Source: a virus (taxonomy: Duplodnaviria; Caudoviricetes). From it: a stretch of DNA of 27,251 nucleotides. Positions 8,612-16,932 of this stretch are shown here, in pieces. The notes under the pieces were generated by a model. That model saw only the letters and a program-made list of their open reading frames with translations. It did no database searches and was not told the origin of the DNA. The translations under genes were made by a program, and so were the position numbers. The stretch's first letter is position 1; each line of letters begins with the position of its first letter. The stretch lies in the IMG/VR virus record IMGVR_UViG_3300020042_001735, positions 1 through 27,251 of that record, one strand, 5' to 3'.

Positions 8612-11239
8612 ATGCCATTACAAAAACTCCAATTTCGGCCCGGTGTTAACCGAGAAGGCACTACACTCGCCAATGAGGGCGGCTGGTTTGAATCGGACAA
8701 AGTACGTTTTCGTTCTGGGTACCCTGAGAAAATTGGTGGTTGGGCTGCGCAGTCGTATTCAACCTTTATTGGAACGTGCCGTTCATTGTGGAATTGGATT
8801 ACATTAAAGCAATATAACTTACTTGGTATTGGCACAAATTTAAAGTTTTATGTACAAGATATTGGTGGCGAGTACTACGATATAACGCCACTTAGATTTA
8901 CTTCGGCTGCTGGCGCAGTTGCTTTTGCTGCTACTAACGGCTCCAGTACAATCTTAGTTACTAACGCAACAGGCTCGGGGTTTCAGACAGGGGACTTTGT
9001 TACGTTCAGCGGAGCGGCATCTTTAGGGGGCAACATAACTGCGCCTATCCTAAATCAAGAATACCGAATTACCTACGTATCAAGCACCACCTATACCATC
9101 CAAGCTCGTGCAGTATCTAGCATAGACACCCCCGGTGCCGCTGTTAACGCAAACGCCTCTGATACGGGGAGCGGTGGGGGTTCTACTGTAGCTAAATACC
9201 AAATAGATACAGGTCAGGATATTTTCACGGTTGGTACAGGTTGGGGTGCCGGGCCTTGGTCTAACGGGCCGACTATAAGTACAACGCTGGGTGCAAACCC
9301 TATCGCTACTACAAGCGGCAGCAACGTCATAACAGTTACGCAAACATCCCACGGCTATACAACCACAGCGGGTTCTTTCTTTGTTGGGCAGGAATATCGT
9401 ATTACGTCTATAGGCACTACAGACTTTACTTTAATTGGCGCATCGGCTAATAATGTAGGGCTAACTTTTACTGCTACAGGTGTTGGCTCTGGTACAGGCA
9501 CGGCCTCTATTGCATACGTACTTATTAGTGGCGTTGCGAACGCAAGTGGTGCCCTTGATATAACCTTAAGTGGTGTAACAGGTACAGGCGCGGTAGGTAT
9601 ATGCAGTATTAATGCTGCCAATACAGGAGCGCGTTCTATAGCCGTAAGTGGGGTAACTAGCATAGGTGCAGTAAACACAGTTAATAAAAGTGCGATTAGC
9701 TCTGGCGCGGTTTCTATAACCTTAAGTGGTGTAACGGGTACAGGATCAGTAGTTGGGGTCAATAAAAGTATTACAAAATCAATTGGTGGAGTACCCCTAG
9801 AACTACTTAATGGCGTTAAATTCATAACGGTCACTAACGCAAATACTTTTACGTTCCTACTTAATAACGGACAATTACCTACGGTTAATGCTACACAAAC
9901 AGTCGCTTCTGCCGGCGGCTCAAGTGTTGTTGTTAACCCGCAAAATCCATTAACTAGCACTGGAGACCCTGTTCGTGGTTGGGGGGAGGGCTATACAACA
10001 GGAGTCCCATTACAGCTTCGTTTATGGAGCCAAACAAATTTTGGAGAAGAATTATTGTTCTCTCCTCGCGGGGGTGGGCTTTATAAATGGGCACCGGGGC
10101 CAGGGTCAGCACCTGCGTATACCACTCGCGGTACGATAGTAACGGGGACAGATGTCCCAACAGCAATTAATGAAATACTAATGTCCGATCAAAGTCGTAT
10201 TACTATTTGTTTTGGGTGTAATGATTACGGCGAAACCGATTTAGACCCGCTGCTTATTCGTTGGTCGGATGTGGAAGACTATACTTCATGGGACGTATCT
10301 CCTACAAGCCAAGCGGGATTTAATCGTCTATCTTCTGGCTCCTTTATTGTGGGTGCTTTGCAAACCCGCCAAGAAATTCTAGTATGGACAGACGCCGCGC
10401 TTTATTCAATGCAGTATCTTGGGTTCCCATTTATTTTTGGTTTTACCATACTTGCGGAAAATATATCTATTGCTTCACCTAATACTATGGCAACGGCTAA
10501 TGGTGTTACGTACTGGATGGGCACAGATAAATTTTATGTTTACGCAGGTAGGGTAGAAACGTTGCCTTGTTCCTTGCGAACATATGTATTTAACGACATT
10601 AACAGAAACCAAGAGTTTCAATTTTTTGCAGGTGCAAACGAAGGATATTCTGAAGTATGGTGGTTCTACTGCTCTGCTAACAGTGATGTTATTGATAGGT
10701 ATGTAATTTTTAATTACTTGGATCGTGTTTGGTATTACGGAACTCTTACCCGTACAGCATGGCTAGATAGCCCTATTCGTGAGTACCCACAGGCGGCTAC
10801 AGGTAGTAATTTGCTTGTATATCATGAAGCAGCGGTAGATAACGGTGAGACTAACCCACCTTCGCCGATTTCAGCGTATGTCCAATCATCTGACTTTGAT
10901 ATTGGTGACGGGCATAACTATGGATTCGTGTGGCAGATTGTGCCGGATATTACGTTTGATGGGTCAAGTACGCCTACTTCACAAAACCCTAGCGTAGACT
11001 TTATTGTCCGACCAAGACAAAACCCCGGTTCAAACTACGGCAGTGCAAATGCTCCAACAGTACAGTCTACGCAATCATATGCAGGGCAACAAACGTATAA
11101 CGTACAGCAGTTTACTGAACTTGTGTATACCCGAGTACGTGGTCGCCAAATGGCGTTTAGAGTGGAATCAAATACGTTAGGTACTCAATGGCAATTGGGC
11201 ATCCCTAGAATGAATGTTCGTCCTGACGGTAGGAGATAA
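8612..11239 (+). CDS. Tail hub/stabilisation protein (P22 gp10/T7 gp12-like role) with inserted beta domains
   Basis: N-terminal MPLQKLQFRPGVNRE..DKVRFRSGYPEKIGGW and Trp-rich propeller-like motifs (IRWSD, EILVWTD, YWMG, EVWWFY, RTAWLD). C-terminal RVRGRQMAFRVES..WQLG..RPDGRR. Confidence 0.7.
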   Translation: MPLQKLQFRPGVNREGTTLANEGGWFESDKVRFRSGYPEKIGGWAAQSYSTFIGTCRSLWNWITLKQYNLLGIGTNLKFYVQDIGGEYYDITPLRFTSAAGAVAFAATNGSSTILVTNATGSGFQTGDFVTFSGAASLGGNITAPILNQEYRITYVSSTTYTIQARAVSSIDTPGAAVNANASDTGSGGGSTVAKYQIDTGQDIFTVGTGWGAGPWSNGPTISTTLGANPIATTSGSNVITVTQTSHGYTTTAGSFFVGQEYRITSIGTTDFTLIGASANNVGLTFTATGVGSGTGTASIAYVLISGVANASGALDITLSGVTGTGAVGICSINAANTGARSIAVSGVTSIGAVNTVNKSAISSGAVSITLSGVTGTGSVVGVNKSITKSIGGVPLELLNGVKFITVTNANTFTFLLNNGQLPTVNATQTVASAGGSSVVVNPQNPLTSTGDPVRGWGEGYTTGVPLQLRLWSQTNFGEELLFSPRGGGLYKWAPGPGSAPAYTTRGTIVTGTDVPTAINEILMSDQSRITICFGCNDYGETDLDPLLIRWSDVEDYTSWDVSPTSQAGFNRLSSGSFIVGALQTRQEILVWTDAALYSMQYLGFPFIFGFTILAENISIASPNTMATANGVTYWMGTDKFYVYAGRVETLPCSLRTYVFNDINRNQEFQFFAGANEGYSEVWWFYCSANSDVIDRYVIFNYLDRVWYYGTLTRTAWLDSPIREYPQAATGSNLLVYHEAAVDNGETNPPSPISAYVQSSDFDIGDGHNYGFVWQIVPDITFDGSSTPTSQNPSVDFIVRPRQNPGSNYGSANAPTVQSTQSYAGQQTYNVQQFTELVYTRVRGRQMAFRVESNTLGTQWQLGIPRMNVRPDGRR
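9559..9744 (+). repeat. Three-unit direct repeat, 78-bp (26-aa) period, inside the tail hub gene
   Basis: 9559-9588 and 9715-9744 match at 29/30 nt (TATAACCTTAAGTGGTGTAAC[A/G]GGTACAGG). A degenerate copy starts at 9637. Confidence 0.85.
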
Positions 11240-11241
11240 TT

Positions 11242-11541
11242 ATGGCTGTAGGCATACCAGCGTTTCCAATGGCCCCTATTGAGTACGATCAAAAATACCA
11301 AGACCAACTTAATAATATTCTTCGCCAATACTTTACGCAAACTAGTAACCCCGGGCAGGTTGCGGGGTCTGCATCAGATGTGGGAACTGCACGAGTAGCT
11401 GCGGGGATGACTTTTAATAGGCCACTAGGGACAACCCAGATTTATAGTTTTGCCACCCAAGCGGATTTAGCTAACCTTCGTGTGGGCGATGTGTATGTAG
11501 ATACGTCGGCTAGTAATGTTCTAAAGATGAAAACGTCATGA
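11242..11541 (+). CDS. Small tail-associated structural protein
   Basis: SD AGGAG upstream. N-terminal PMAPIEYDQKYQDQLNNILRQYF and C-terminal LRVGDVYVD..VLK. It directly follows the tail hub gene. Confidence 0.6.
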   Translation: MAVGIPAFPMAPIEYDQKYQDQLNNILRQYFTQTSNPGQVAGSASDVGTARVAAGMTFNRPLGTTQIYSFATQADLANLRVGDVYVDTSASNVLKMKTS

Positions 11542-11915
11542 CCCCTCAAGACCGTGCCCTTATTATGGTGTATGAGTCTGTAAAGCACCGCTTGACAGTT
11601 GGCATGGCTGAGTATCTAGAAGCATTAAAAGATTGGGATGTGATACCGCTTACCGAAGATGGGCAAGTAATTGGCGGTGTATTGTTAAAAGGTAACGAAA
11701 TTCATGTAGGATATGGGGTTAAACCAAAAAGGTCTATTCGGGCGTATATTCGGTCTATTCTTGGCGGTGTAGTAGATAAATATGGCTGGGCGGTAACGCA
11801 AGTACAAGAGGAAAACCACGCTGGGCTACGGTTCTGCGAAAGGTTAGGATTTATTAAATTCGGCGCACAAAACGGTACAATACTACTACGTTGCGACAGG
11901 AGTAATTACGCATGA
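11538..11915 (+). CDS. GNAT-fold acyltransferase-like protein
   Basis: C-terminal GNAT signature VQEENHAGLRFCERLGF and a beta-hairpin DGQVIGGVLLKGNEIHVG. ATGA overlaps at both ends. Its position matches P22 gp14/T7 gp13-like genes. Confidence 0.7.
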   Translation: MTPQDRALIMVYESVKHRLTVGMAEYLEALKDWDVIPLTEDGQVIGGVLLKGNEIHVGYGVKPKRSIRAYIRSILGGVVDKYGWAVTQVQEENHAGLRFCERLGFIKFGAQNGTILLRCDRSNYA

Positions 11916-13792
11916 GAATACCAAATAAATTTAATGGTTATAGCCGAGATGGCATACGTCTATACAACGATCCAGTTACGGCTGCGGCTATTGCGGCTGC
12001 GGGTACTAGCACTGCTACTATGGCGGGTACAGCTTTGTTGGGGACGGGTGCCGCTGCCGCTACCGCTGCCGCTCCGTTACTTCAGGGTATAGCAGCAGGT
12101 ACTACTTTGGCTGGCTATGGATCAAACTTGGCGGCGGCTTCTTTAGCCTCTGCTCCCACTGCCGCTGCTCCCGCTGTTATTCCTGCTTCTGGAGTGGCGT
12201 CTGGATTTGATGCCGCTAAGTATTTAGCGAACTCGGGGCTAGGTAATGCGCTTCCTTCCGCAAGTCAAACTGCTATACAACAAGCGGCTACAGGTGCGCC
12301 AGCAAATTTTCAAGCTCTTGGTCAAGCGCAAGCGGATATATTAAGTAAAATTGCACCAAACGCTACACAAACAGCTAACGCTGTCCCTGTTACGCCTACT
12401 TTCCAACCCCCTACACCTATTGTAGAAAACACTTTTCTTAACCCTACTATTAGTGCTCCCGGTACTTCTCCCGCCGTGCAATTAGCTACACCTAAACCAG
12501 CAAATACACCCGGCTTCAATCCTTATGATGCTTTAAGTAACCTACCCAAAAGCGAAAGCGATGCAATTGCGCAAGCTAATAAGGCCATAGAAAATAATGG
12601 CATGACCGGCAACGTATTGAGTGATTTAGAAACGTTAATTCGCAAACCAAACTTTACGAACTTAAAAGCATTCGCTAACGAAAACCCATACACAACAGCG
12701 GCTGGTGCTTATGGTCTATATAAGTTAATGCAGCCGAAACCAATAAAAGAAAGAAATGAGCCGCAGTACCAACGCCCATACAGCAACACAACACGGATTA
12801 ACCCAAATGTGGATTATTACAGGCCATATAGCGGGGGTAGCACTGCCGAGCGTACTTACTTTACGGGTGGTTTAGAAGCGCAACCTATTTACCGTGTGGC
12901 TGAGGGTGGATTAATGTCGTTAGCTGCTGGCGGTACAGTAGAAACTATGTCGGCTGCAAATGCAGTAGGTCAAAACATGGACTACCCACAAGCAGGGTTG
13001 CAGACGTCGTTATATAGCAACCCAATGATGCAGCGCCCTGTATCAACGGATGTAATTAAACAAGGTGTAGATACTAACGTTGACCCGTATACTGGCGAAG
13101 AACGTATGGCTGCTGGCGGTATGGCTAGTGGCGGGGAAGCTGGTGGGTATAAGTATGACTACAACCCAAAGACAATGCAGTTTACGCAATTAAACGATCC
13201 GGTGGCTGATGCCGCTCAAAAAACAGCAAATGACGCAATTATGTATGGTAGCGTTGCCTTTCCTCGATCACAAACAACCGCAGCCCTTACACCATTTACA
13301 CCTGTAGTAACAGGTGGTATAGCTACACCTACAGGTCAAGTCGATCAAGTAGCCCCGATGCAACAAGCGCAACCAATGCAAGAACAGCCTTACCCTGCTT
13401 ATCAAACTCCTGAGCAGCAATTAGGTTTAAATGGGTTCTACGACTATATGAACCAGCAACTAGGTGGTATGGGTGGGTATAAAGGTTTTGCTGGCGGTGG
13501 TATGGCTAGTTTAGGAGGGTACTCAGATGGAGGTCGTTTACTGCGTGGGCCGGGTGATGGTGTCAGTGATTCTATCCCTGCTTCTATTGGCAATCGTCAG
13601 CCCGCTCGTCTTGCTGATGGTGAATTCGTTATACCCGCCCGGATTGTGTCAGAGATTGGTAATGGCTCCACCGAAGCTGGTGCTCGTAAGCTGTATGCAA
13701 TGATGGATAGAGTGCAGAAAGCTAGAAAAAAATCTACTGGCAAAAATAAAGTAGCCGTTAACAGTAAAGCCGAAAGGTTGTTACCCGCATGA
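11912..13792 (+). CDS. Internal virion/ejection protein with AxGG motifs, module B
   Basis: Ala-rich N-region, low-complexity middle with several AxGG motifs, and a globular C-terminal block GPGDGVSDSIPA..ARLADGEFVIPA..GNGSTEAGARKLYAMMDRV. Confidence 0.65.
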   Translation: MRIPNKFNGYSRDGIRLYNDPVTAAAIAAAGTSTATMAGTALLGTGAAAATAAAPLLQGIAAGTTLAGYGSNLAAASLASAPTAAAPAVIPASGVASGFDAAKYLANSGLGNALPSASQTAIQQAATGAPANFQALGQAQADILSKIAPNATQTANAVPVTPTFQPPTPIVENTFLNPTISAPGTSPAVQLATPKPANTPGFNPYDALSNLPKSESDAIAQANKAIENNGMTGNVLSDLETLIRKPNFTNLKAFANENPYTTAAGAYGLYKLMQPKPIKERNEPQYQRPYSNTTRINPNVDYYRPYSGGSTAERTYFTGGLEAQPIYRVAEGGLMSLAAGGTVETMSAANAVGQNMDYPQAGLQTSLYSNPMMQRPVSTDVIKQGVDTNVDPYTGEERMAAGGMASGGEAGGYKYDYNPKTMQFTQLNDPVADAAQKTANDAIMYGSVAFPRSQTTAALTPFTPVVTGGIATPTGQVDQVAPMQQAQPMQEQPYPAYQTPEQQLGLNGFYDYMNQQLGGMGGYKGFAGGGMASLGGYSDGGRLLRGPGDGVSDSIPASIGNRQPARLADGEFVIPARIVSEIGNGSTEAGARKLYAMMDRVQKARKKSTGKNKVAVNSKAERLLPA

Positions 13793-14235
13793 ATAATTAC
13801 GGAAAACTAGAATGGTTTGGTGGGAATCAAGATGCACTAAGCGTGTATCGGATGTTAGTTGATCTTGCGCACATTTGGGATGATTTAGTTGATAAAGATA
13901 AAGAAGTAACGGAACAAACAATTAACAACGCGTTTCTTATCAGTCTTGTGTACTTACCTTTGAACCCGTTTTATCAAGCTATCCAACGCGACATCATGCC
14001 AATGTGGATAACAGTAGTGTCGGCATATCAGACAGCAAACAAGTTTGAACGTGAAAAAGATGAACGTGGGTTAGAAGCGGCACACATACTTAGATATGCG
14101 GCGGGTAACATCTTAGCTTATGCAATACATGTGTGTGTTGGGCCTGAAAAAGCCGCCGAATATATACCAGAAATGTGGAAAGATGTTGTTAACGAGAGTT
14201 TTGCGGAGTACCGCGAGGGGCACTTAAATGCTTAA
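13789..14235 (+). CDS. Alpha-helical DDxxD protein, isoprenoid-synthase/prenyltransferase-like
   Basis: AHIWDDLVDKD (DDxxD at 13879-13893) lies at the end of an amphipathic helix, in an all-helical-looking 148-aa protein. The CDS is solid and the function is an inference. Confidence 0.55.
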   Translation: MNNYGKLEWFGGNQDALSVYRMLVDLAHIWDDLVDKDKEVTEQTINNAFLISLVYLPLNPFYQAIQRDIMPMWITVVSAYQTANKFEREKDERGLEAAHILRYAAGNILAYAIHVCVGPEKAAEYIPEMWKDVVNESFAEYREGHLNA

Positions 14236-15238
14236 ATTTCTAAAATTATTATTTTCCCCGGACTGGGCTACCTTTAACTTTGGTGGTGGTGGCGGTGGCG
14301 GTGCTCCTGCAAATACAACTACGTCAACTACTAACGTTGCGCCATATTTACGACCTAATATGGAACGGCTTGCGGGTAAAGCCGAGGCGGTATCTAATCA
14401 AGAATATATACCATACGGTGGTGAGCGCACTGCTGGGTTTTCTAGTTTGCAGAATCAAGCATTTAATGAAGCCGCTAATCTAGGCCCTGCAAAACAAATT
14501 GGGGTCGGTACGCAGTTAGCAGGTCAAGCGGGACTTGGTTCGTTAATGGCTGGGCAGAATTATCAGAACATGGCAACCAATCCCGGCGCTATGCAAGCCT
14601 ATATGTCGCCATACATCCAAGGGGCGTTAAACCCTGCAATGGATGAAGCCCGTCGCCAATCTGAAATTACTGGGATGCAAAACAACGCGGCTGCTATTAA
14701 GGCAGGAGCCTTTGGTGGTAGTGGTAGGTATATACAAGAGTCGGAACGCCAGCGTAATTTAGGGCAATTGCAAAACAATATCTATGGCACCGGTATGCAG
14801 AACGCATTCCAAAACGCCCAGCAAGCGCAACAGTTTGGAGCGCAGTTAGGTCTACAGGGATATGGTCAAGGGCTACAAGCTGCTAATACGCTAGGTCAAT
14901 TAGGCCAGACTCAGTTCGGTCAGCAACAAGCGGCTATGAACGCACGTCAGCAAGCGGGTGCCCAACAACAAGCATTAGAGCAGCAAAAACTGAATGTAGC
15001 CTATCAAGACTTTATAAATCAACAAAACTTCCAAAAGAATCAATTACTTTTCCTAAACGATATATATCGCGGCATGCCCGGATCACAAACAGTAAACAAC
15101 GTGTATCAAGCCCCGCCGTCTATGATTTCTCAAGGCGCAGGTTTAGGCATGGCGTATTTAGGTGGGCAGAAAGCTGGGTTGTTTGCTAATGGTGGATTGA
15201 CAGGGCTTGCTTTGCATAATATGGCGAAGGGTGAATAA
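14228..15238 (+). CDS. DNA ejection/pilot protein, module B
   Basis: Leader followed by G7 and T-rich TTTSTT, then YIPYGGERTAGFS, AYMSPY, AGAFGGSGR and a Gln-rich helical body. Confidence 0.7.
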   Translation: MLKFLKLLFSPDWATFNFGGGGGGGAPANTTTSTTNVAPYLRPNMERLAGKAEAVSNQEYIPYGGERTAGFSSLQNQAFNEAANLGPAKQIGVGTQLAGQAGLGSLMAGQNYQNMATNPGAMQAYMSPYIQGALNPAMDEARRQSEITGMQNNAAAIKAGAFGGSGRYIQESERQRNLGQLQNNIYGTGMQNAFQNAQQAQQFGAQLGLQGYGQGLQAANTLGQLGQTQFGQQQAAMNARQQAGAQQQALEQQKLNVAYQDFINQQNFQKNQLLFLNDIYRGMPGSQTVNNVYQAPPSMISQGAGLGMAYLGGQKAGLFANGGLTGLALHNMAKGE

Positions 15239-15240
15239 TT

Positions 15241-16932
15241 ATGTTGCGTGATATCCAAGAAATTCAGGCGCTTGCTACTAAGTACAGTAAGCAACAGCTA
15301 GCGCAGATGGCGTATATGGGGCTACTCGACCCTACAAAAGCTGTTTTGGCTGGCAACATGATTAACCGTATCCAAGATCAAAATTCAAAGCCACCACAGA
15401 CTACTACGGCGCAAGATGTATTAGGTGTCCCGCAGCCACAACAACAGCCACAACAACAGCCGCAGCCACCGCAGCAACCACAACCAACTCAAATGGCGCA
15501 AGCTCCTATGGGTATGGAAAGTCTCCCTGCTGGGGATGTAGGTAACTACAGCATGGCTGGTGGTGGGATTATTGCGTTCGACGATGGTGGCTCTGTGCCG
15601 GGTTACGCAAGTAGAGGGTATGTAGATGAGTCCGAATTTGAGGGCGCTAACCCAGTATTTCCAAAGCCGTTTACTGAAGCAGACCGGTTCCAGAAGGGTT
15701 TAAGAAGTATATACACCCCCGATGTAAATAGTATTAATAGCCTTGGGCTGTCTAATATCCCTGTCAAACGAGAGCAGCCTGTTGATAAATATGGTGTCCC
15801 ACTGCCAAACCCACAACGCAACTTAGACATAGCTAAAGAACAAGTTAGCGGCTTAATCCCGGAGCAAAAAGCAAGATCAATAAATGAAATTATTGATGCC
15901 CAAGAAGCGGTAAATAAACGATTCGGTGTGGACGAAAACATATTTGCAAAACAAAGGCAGACATTCGAAGATGAAAGAACTGCGCTGACAAAAGATCGTG
16001 AAGATGCTAAAGGTATGCGCCTTCTTGAGGCAGGACTAGGCATTATGGCTGGCGAATCTCCCCATGCGTTTGTCAATATCGGTAAAGGTGCTACTCCAGC
16101 ATTGCAAGGTTTGGCTAGTGATATTAAAGATATTAAGAAAGCTGACAAAGAACTTGTACGTTCTAAAATGGCGCTGGATGTATCTGAGAACAATTATAAG
16201 ATGGATAAATCAAAATCGGCCTTCACTCAGCTTGAGAAAGACCAAGAACGTGTGGAGAAAAATCAACAGGCTAGAGCTAGCGCAACCGCCTCTCTTGGAA
16301 GTTCTTTAAATACTGTAGCAGGTTCAGTATATGGTGCTCGACTCGGTGCCGAATCTACTAAACAAAACGCATTAATTAGCGCAGCGTCGGCAGCAAACAC
16401 CGCGAAAATCTACACTGAAGGATATCAGGCGTTAGAAAAACTAAAACAACAAGGCATGCCTGACGCGTTCAAGATGGCTAATAGTCCAGATATGATTGCC
16501 TCAATGCCGGGGTCAACATTTAAAGCTAGGCTAGAAGCGGTAGCACAGGCAACGCATCCCAAAGATATTAAGAACGCAATACTTAACGCCACTTCAAAGG
16601 TGCAAGAACGTGCTGACAACGAATGGGCTAGCCTGTCAATGACAAATAAAGAAATTAAAAAGCTTAAGGATAAAGCTGCTAAAGGTGATGTTGAAGCTCA
16701 AAAACAACTAGAAAAACGCAAATCAGATATATTTGATAGTAAACTACAAGAGTTTTACGACGGGTATGAAAGTATGCGGACAGGTGTTGGCGGCTCTGAG
16801 GGAGATAAATTACCAAGAACTAGTCCGCCACAATCTGCTATTGATTACTTGAAAGCCAATCCAAATCTTTCCGCAGATTTTGATGCTAAATATGGAGTTG
16901 GCGCCGCTGCGCGTATTTTAGGGACACAATAA
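15241..16932 (+). CDS. Internal virion/ejection protein, module B
   Basis: Gln/Pro tract, MAGGGIIAFDDGG, LLEAGLGIMAGESPHAFVNIGKGA and a C-terminal PPQSAIDYLKANP..FDAKYG. Confidence 0.65.
   Translation: MLRDIQEIQALATKYSKQQLAQMAYMGLLDPTKAVLAGNMINRIQDQNSKPPQTTTAQDVLGVPQPQQQPQQQPQPPQQPQPTQMAQAPMGMESLPAGDVGNYSMAGGGIIAFDDGGSVPGYASRGYVDESEFEGANPVFPKPFTEADRFQKGLRSIYTPDVNSINSLGLSNIPVKREQPVDKYGVPLPNPQRNLDIAKEQVSGLIPEQKARSINEIIDAQEAVNKRFGVDENIFAKQRQTFEDERTALTKDREDAKGMRLLEAGLGIMAGESPHAFVNIGKGATPALQGLASDIKDIKKADKELVRSKMALDVSENNYKMDKSKSAFTQLEKDQERVEKNQQARASATASLGSSLNTVAGSVYGARLGAESTKQNALISAASAANTAKIYTEGYQALEKLKQQGMPDAFKMANSPDMIASMPGSTFKARLEAVAQATHPKDIKNAILNATSKVQERADNEWASLSMTNKEIKKLKDKAAKGDVEAQKQLEKRKSDIFDSKLQEFYDGYESMRTGVGGSEGDKLPRTSPPQSAIDYLKANPNLSADFDAKYGVGAAARILGTQ
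15431..15492 (+). repeat. Low-complexity CAG/CAA/CCA repeat encoding PQPQQQPQQQPQPPQQPQPTQ
   Basis: CAGCCACAACAA occurs twice in tandem, followed by degenerate units. Confidence 0.75.

Noticed and set aside
9559-9744. 30-bp repeats with 48-bp intervals resembling a mini-CRISPR array
   Set aside because: The period is in frame (78 bp) inside a CDS, the middle copy is degenerate, the intervals are partly similar to each other, and there are no cas genes. It is a protein repeat.
82-16193. Other antisense ORFs (82-504, 5769-6107, 7856-8263, 9355-9960, 15603-16193 etc.)
   Set aside because: They lie wholly opposite well-supported + strand genes, and their composition is explained by the sense codons.
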